A stretch of 47,295 bases of DNA. It comes from Candidatus Bathyarchaeota archaeon. GTDB taxonomy: Archaea > Thermoproteota > Bathyarchaeia > Bathyarchaeales > Bathycorpusculaceae. The notes beneath the pieces are model-generated. The model was not told where the DNA came from. It saw only the letters and a program-made list of their open reading frames with translations, and made no database searches. The DNA is taken from positions 1 through 47,295 of the forward strand of contig CAVTBV010000011.1 in assembly GCA_963733095.1 (NCBI GenBank), given 5' to 3'. The first letter of the stretch is position 1, and the number at the start of each line of letters is the position of its first letter. Positions 42,439 to 47,295 of this stretch are shown here, piece after piece. Position numbers and translations under genes: made by a program.

Positions 42439-42657
42439 ATGCAAACCAACAATGGAGAGTACTGCGGCAACTGCGACAGCCACAACTCATACCGGTACCC
42501 AACCAAAGTTTTCTGTTCCACACGCTACTGGCACCATGAAAACCCCATCGTAGACACACTTTGGCACTGCGACAGCTACAACAGAGTGAGCCAAGAATGC
42601 TACTGCGTACGCGAAGCACAAAAACAACAAAACAACAGCGATGAGGCGGAAAGTTAA
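42439..42657 (+). CDS. Small Cys/His-rich hypothetical protein
   Basis: 72 aa, CGNCDSH...FC...HC...CYC; starts 1 nt after the dys stop. Confidence 0.65.
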   Translation: MQTNNGEYCGNCDSHNSYRYPTKVFCSTRYWHHENPIVDTLWHCDSYNRVSQECYCVREAQKQQNNSDEAES

Positions 42658-42694
42658 AGTTAATAATTGGAACCCTGTTTATTTGAAACCCTAA

Positions 42695-42767
42695 AGCCCG
42701 GTGGTGTAGTGGTCAAGCATAGGGGCCTCTGGAGCCCTTGACGAGAGTTCGAATCTCTCCCGGGCTA
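42695..42767 (+). tRNA. tRNA-Gln(CUG)
   Basis: Same body as the 18102 tRNA, with anticodon arm GGGGC-ctCTGga-GCCCT; CCA not encoded. Confidence 0.95.
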
Positions 42768-42769
42768 TG

Positions 42770-43095
42770 TTCCACAACTCCCGAGTAGTTATCTAAACGT
42801 ATTATTGAAACTGAAACGAGATGGCTTTTCGGAATCTACTCTAAAAGGATTCAGTAAATGGCTTAAACTGTTATCAATAAATTGTAACATTGAAAACCCA
42901 GATGCTGTAAAAAATTTCATTGCTAATCTCAATCGGAGCACTGATTATAAGCGTAACTTGGTAGCGGCTTACGACCACTTTGGTAAATATTATCAGATAA
43001 AGTGGGAAAGACCGAGGTATAAAAAGACTGGTAACCACAAAAAAGATCCCTATCTAAGATACGCTTCAAAAGATTTCCCTTTGTTCGTTTTTTGA
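42770..43095 (+). mobile_element. Truncated tyrosine integrase (N-terminal/core-binding part) abutting tRNA-Gln
   Basis: LKRDGFSESTLKGFSKWLK...PDAVKNFIA...KRNLVAAYDHF...W..PRY resembles an integrase SAM-like domain; no catalytic domain follows. Confidence 0.55.
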
Positions 43096-43271
43096 TGCTT
43101 AGCTAATAATATCATATTAATAAAAAACAACAATACAAGTACTATTAGCACGATAGCTAGGATTTCAGGGCGTTCACTGCCGTTTGACGCACGAATGCCC
43201 AATTCTATGCTATACACTCCAATAACGGCTGTTACAATTAAAGCTGCTATCAAACCTATTTTTGCGTTCAA
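43050..43271 (-). CDS. Small two-TM hypothetical protein
   Basis: 73 aa with two hydrophobic segments. Confidence 0.5.
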   Translation of the reverse strand: MNAKIGLIAALIVTAVIGVYSIELGIRASNGSERPEILAIVLIVLVLLFFINMILLAKHQKTNKGKSFEAYLR

Positions 43272-43328
43272 AATGGCCTTCTCTGAATGGTTACGTTTTC
43301 TTTTTCTTATTTGCTTTTCTGAAGCGTG

Positions 43329-43503
43329 CTCTTTCGTTCACTCTTTAACCTAATAAGCAAACCCTGGCACATCTACCCAATCGGTGTACTGTTCGGTATG
43401 GGATTCGACACTGTGAGCGAAATTGCTTTAATTGCCTATTGTTGGAATAAGTGTTTCAATAGACATGCCGTTGTATTATGTGCTTAGCAACCAACTATCT
43501 TAG
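43329..43503 (+). pseudogene. Internal fragment of a NiCoT (HoxN/NixA) nickel permease
   Basis: LFNLISKPWHIYPIGVLFGMGFDTVSEIALIA, matching the NiCoT YPxGxLFGLGFDT motif; no start codon, frameshifted. Confidence 0.75.
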
Positions 43504-43553
43504 AATTCGGTTCAAGTCTCAAAGACTTTTCTAGTTGCCTAAAAAAATTAGCT

Positions 43554-44869
43554 TTAGACACTGGACGTTGTCTTTTGCGCTTTCAGTTCTTCAACAGTGT
43601 ACTCTTTAATTATACCATTAATGCCTTTGCTTATTATCCACATGAAGATATATGATAATACAAAGACTGTGATGATAACTACTGGAATAGCTAGCAATTG
43701 AAGCCCAAGTTGATGCAAAGCAGTCATCCCGCCCCCGAAAAATATACCGTTTGAAAGACCAAACCCACCTCCGAAATCTGCAAATGACTTCTGCGTGAAA
43801 AACGCAACCATAATGAAACCAAATATGCCGCCTAAAAAGTGCCCTGGAAACAGACCAACTGGATCAGTAAACCATTTAGCTCGCTGGAGAAGTTTCTCGC
43901 CTAAAATAAATAAAATTGACCCCAATATTCCCAGAATAACTGCGCTCTGAGGACCTACGTATCCAGCAACTGGGGTGATAACGATTAAACCTATGAGAAT
44001 ACCATTTGCCGCATACATTATGCTGGGCATTTTTTTTATCTCAAGGTACTTGAAAAACATTGTAAACAAAAAGCCGGTCGCTGCAGCAAGAAAAGTTATT
44101 AGAACTACAATGTAGGATTGGATATTTAGTGCTAAGGTGCTTCCTGGGTTGAAACCAAACCATCCGAGCCAAAGAAGAAGAATTGACAGCACTAGCCAAG
44201 GAGTGTTTGGCTTAGGTTTTATTTGTGGGCTTTCCTGGAATCCTTTCTTTTTTTCTTCCTGCCAAACTCTAAGGACAATGGCTAAGCCTGCTGCTCCCGC
44301 TGCTCCATGGACAACTAATCCGCCTGCAAAGTCTCTTACGCCCAATACGTACAGCCACCCTTGTGGGTTCCATATCCATGCAGCAGGCAATGCCCAAATG
44401 AGGATGAAGTAGGGAATTGAATAAAGAAAGAACGCTTCCAGTTTCATTTTTCTTAGAACAACTACACCGACCAACGCCAGGGTTACCGTAGCGAATGCTG
44501 TTTCAAAGAAAAAATAAGAAGGAAGAGTAACTGAATTGTTAAAATATTGTGGACCCATTGACCACCAAGCTTGCGTGAATATATCTGCAGAATTATTATT
44601 GAAACTGCCCATGAAAGGAAAATTATAGAGTGGATTGCCCATCAAACCATTGCCGATTGTGGGGGCGAAAGCAACGCTAAACCCAAGAAATGCCATGAAA
44701 AAGAAGCCTGAACAGGAAATCATAATATTCTTCATTAAGGCTCTGTCGGCGCCTCTGCCAAGTTCTCCTCTCTCAGTATTCCAACTGAAATAGTCATGAT
44801 GAAAACAAGAACTCCGCATATCAAAACCCAAAGATTATTGAAAAGATTTTCTGCAGGTAGAGCTGACAT
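43554..44869 (-). CDS. amt: Ammonium transporter, with a frameshift near the 5' end
   Basis: DFAGGLVVH, WLGWFGFNPGS, PGH; the true TM1 (MSALPAEN...WVLICGVLVFIM) is in another frame, shift at ~44772. Confidence 0.88.
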
Positions 44870-44900
44870 ATTGGCATCCATCCATAACGCTATTTAGGCA

Positions 44901-46049
44901 CTAAAGTAGCACCAATGCAAAATGATGCATAAACTGCATAAGCACTGGAGCACCGCCGGTTGTTAAAATGACTATTTGTGCTGGAGCTATTGAAGGAAAA
45001 ACGTGTGCGCCCAACTCTATAAGCCAAGCAGTGAACACAAACGGGCCTGTTAGGGTGGGCAGGTTGAAACGTCCTGTTATTGTTCCCATGAAAGCGGTCA
45101 CTACAGTCGAGAAAGCCGTCGCGAAAAGCATGACTAAGAAGTTAATTGGTGCACCATTGAAGGGACTTATTGGCCAGAGGAATCCAACAAAGACACCCAT
45201 TACTGCCAAGGCTGTTAAGGTTCCGTTAAAACCGTATAGCCCAATTAGGACAGATGATCTGTCAGCTTTGAATGCAATCGCGGCTAATGTTGCAGAAAGA
45301 GTGCCTATGAACGCTGTGATTCCAGCAAAGTATATTGGATATTGCACTGGGAACCCATAGGGGTTTAATGGAATGGTGGCGACAGTTAACCCGATGAAAA
45401 TTAAAACTCCTGTCTTCCAGTTTTCCTGAAAGAATACTTGAGCGATACCCGTGAAGACTAGTTTTACAAATCCACCAGCGGTGAATTCACTTAATCGCAA
45501 GGGCTCTTTTTTCTCTGTATCTTGAGGATTTTTGAGTAATGTGCTTCTTTGTTTTGGTGCAGGTGGAGGGCCAGCCAATTTCACGGCGGAAAACTTTTTG
45601 GCTGCAAAAAGGAAAATCCAAGTTGTTAATACAAACGCTGAAGTTTCCACTGGAAGACCAAACATTTTAGTGAACCAAATTAATGAAGCAGTAATAAAAC
45701 CCGTTATAAGAGCGCCTACAATTGCTGCGGTTGTTGCTGATCTTCCTTTTTCAAGGAACGTATCGCCCAATGCAATAGCTGTTAAAACAGAGTTAAACCC
45801 AAAGATTCCGTAAGTTAGCGCATTGTCGGGTGAAGACAAAGAAGCAGGTACCAATTCTATACCTAAAGCTAAACCCACCAAGCTGCCAGCTATTGACCCT
45901 ATGACAGCAAAGGCAGCTGCCCTTTTTGAGTTAATGGCAAGAGCAATTACAAAGATAATTCCAACTAAAGGTGAGCCCATGAAGAAAACTTGAGCAACAC
46001 CATTAAGAACAAAATTTATAGTTCCCGAAATTGGATCCATAAAAATCAC
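44901..46049 (-). CDS. UT/Yut-family urea transporter
   Basis: Two homologous halves, each with GxAQVFF, GxxGFN and LPxxTxxF motifs. Confidence 0.88.
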   Translation of the reverse strand: MIFMDPISGTINFVLNGVAQVFFMGSPLVGIIFVIALAINSKRAAAFAVIGSIAGSLVGLALGIELVPASLSSPDNALTYGIFGFNSVLTAIALGDTFLEKGRSATTAAIVGALITGFITASLIWFTKMFGLPVETSAFVLTTWIFLFAAKKFSAVKLAGPPPAPKQRSTLLKNPQDTEKKEPLRLSEFTAGGFVKLVFTGIAQVFFQENWKTGVLIFIGLTVATIPLNPYGFPVQYPIYFAGITAFIGTLSATLAAIAFKADRSSVLIGLYGFNGTLTALAVMGVFVGFLWPISPFNGAPINFLVMLFATAFSTVVTAFMGTITGRFNLPTLTGPFVFTAWLIELGAHVFPSIAPAQIVILTTGGAPVLMQFMHHFALVLL

Positions 46050-46174
46050 TCTTTATTAAAGAGATTTAGCTAGCGCTATATAGTTTTGTGGGCTTCAAGC
46101 TGTAACAACATAGCCTTAAACCGACCTTTGAAACTCCTAATATTGTTTCTTTTAAAACTAAAAAGGTGAATAAA

Positions 46175-46499
46175 ATGAAACTAATTCCACGCGAAACAGA
46201 AAAGATGATGATTTTTACTGCTGCACAAATGGCAGAGCGAAGACTTAAAAACGGGCTAAAACTGAACTATCCTGAAGCTGTAGCAATCATTGCTGATTTT
46301 GTTCAAGAAGGCGCTAGACGAGGCGTAGATGTAGCTAAAATAGCTCAAAGATGCTAGGCACGTTTTGACGATGGCTGACGTAATGCCCAACGTAGCGGAA
46401 ATGATAACTCTGGTGCAGGTAGAGGCAACTTTTCCAGACGGCACCAAATTAGTAAGTGTGCACAATCCAATCCAGCCAAAGGAGGAAAACAAAAAATGA
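46175..46499 (+). CDS. ureA: Urease gamma subunit, +1 frameshift at ~46349
   Basis: [10 protein letters not shown]...KLNYPEA, then [20 protein letters not shown] in the shifted frame; its stop overlaps the ureB start (ATGA). Confidence 0.9.
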
Positions 46500-46873
46500 C
46501 CCCAAACACGGTAGGCCAAATAACCCTTGGGCAAGGAGACATAGAAGCATTCCAAAATAGAAAAACAATTACATTAAAAGTAAAAAACACTGGTGACAGA
46601 GGAATCCAAGTAGGTTCGCACTTCCACTTCTTTGAAGCGAATAGAGCATTAGAATTCGAAAGAGAAAAAGCATATGGCATGAAACTTGCAATCCCAGCAG
46701 GCACAAGCGTAAGATTTGAACCAGGCCAAGAAAAAGAAGTCACGCTTGTCGAATACGGAGGCAAAAAATACATCCACGGATTCAACAACCTCGTCGACGG
46801 TAGCGTACGAACAATATACCGAAAAGACATGGCGCTTTCAAAAGCAAAGAAACTTAAGTTCAAAGGAGCCTGA
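46496..46873 (+). CDS. ureB: Urease beta subunit
   Basis: [31 protein letters not shown]. Confidence 0.96.
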   Translation: MTPNTVGQITLGQGDIEAFQNRKTITLKVKNTGDRGIQVGSHFHFFEANRALEFEREKAYGMKLAIPAGTSVRFEPGQEKEVTLVEYGGKKYIHGFNNLVDGSVRTIYRKDMALSKAKKLKFKGA

Positions 46874-46877
46874 AAAA

Positions 46878-47295
46878 ATGAAAATTACAAGAAGACAATA
46901 TTTAGACCTGTATGGCCCGACAAAAGGTGACAAAATTCAATTAGCAGACACAAACTTGATAATTGAAGTAGAAAAAGATTGTACGTCTTTTGGCGATGAG
47001 TTGGTCTTCGGTGGTGGAAAGACTGCTAGGCAAGGAATGGGCTTAGCGGCTGGAACTACACAGGCAGATGGAGCTCTTGACCATGTTATCACCAACGTTG
47101 TAGTGTTGGATGCTATACTAGGTGTTGTCAAAGCTGACATAGGCATTAGAAACGGGGTGATTGCCGGAATCGGAAAAGCTGGAAACCCAAGTACAATGGA
47201 TAACGTTACTGAAAACATGGTCGTAAGCAACTCAACCGAAGTAACTGCTGGAGAAGGATTGATAGCTACTGCTGGCTTCTTCGATACACATGTAC
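46878..47295 (+). CDS. ureC: Urease alpha subunit (5' part, runs off the window)
   Basis: [40 protein letters not shown]. Confidence 0.96.
   Translation, partial: MKITRRQYLDLYGPTKGDKIQLADTNLIIEVEKDCTSFGDELVFGGGKTARQGMGLAAGTTQADGALDHVITNVVVLDAILGVVKADIGIRNGVIAGIGKAGNPSTMDNVTENMVVSNSTEVTAGEGLIATAGFFDTHV

Noticed and set aside
46355-46357. In-frame TAG in ureA as pyrrolysine or stop readthrough
   Set aside because: The conserved C-terminus continues in a different frame, so this is a frameshift and not readthrough

Overview
Archaeal chromosomal segment, most likely Bathyarchaeia (inferred from the TACK-type 16S rRNA, TFB, SUI1, A-type ATPase and gene content). In order it holds: tRNA-Cys; an aryl-acid module (livG-livF-paaK-iorA-iorB-livK-livH-livM-paaI, divergent from an ACT protein and an ADP-forming acyl-CoA ligase/GNAT fusion), whose IorA carries an inserted four-cluster ferredoxin domain; a beta-helix surface protein; frameshifted tag; flavin reductase; sui1; tfb; tRNA-Gln(UUG); a PAP2/radical SAM/GT2 trio; a rearranged A1AO ATP synthase cluster with inverted atpI and an embedded USP; nfeD; a decayed Tat-exported GMC dehydrogenase; DUF47/PiT phosphate uptake genes; a desulforedoxin-like microprotein near a strand-specific RNA hairpin; a stand-alone 16S rRNA gene with a BHB stem; an acyltransferase; deoxyhypusine synthase; and tRNA-Gln(CUG) followed by an integrase relic, a nickel-permease relic and an Amt/urea transporter/urease (ureABC) cluster that runs off the end. 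No CRISPR array or intein was seen. All calls come from motif recognition by eye, with no database searches.
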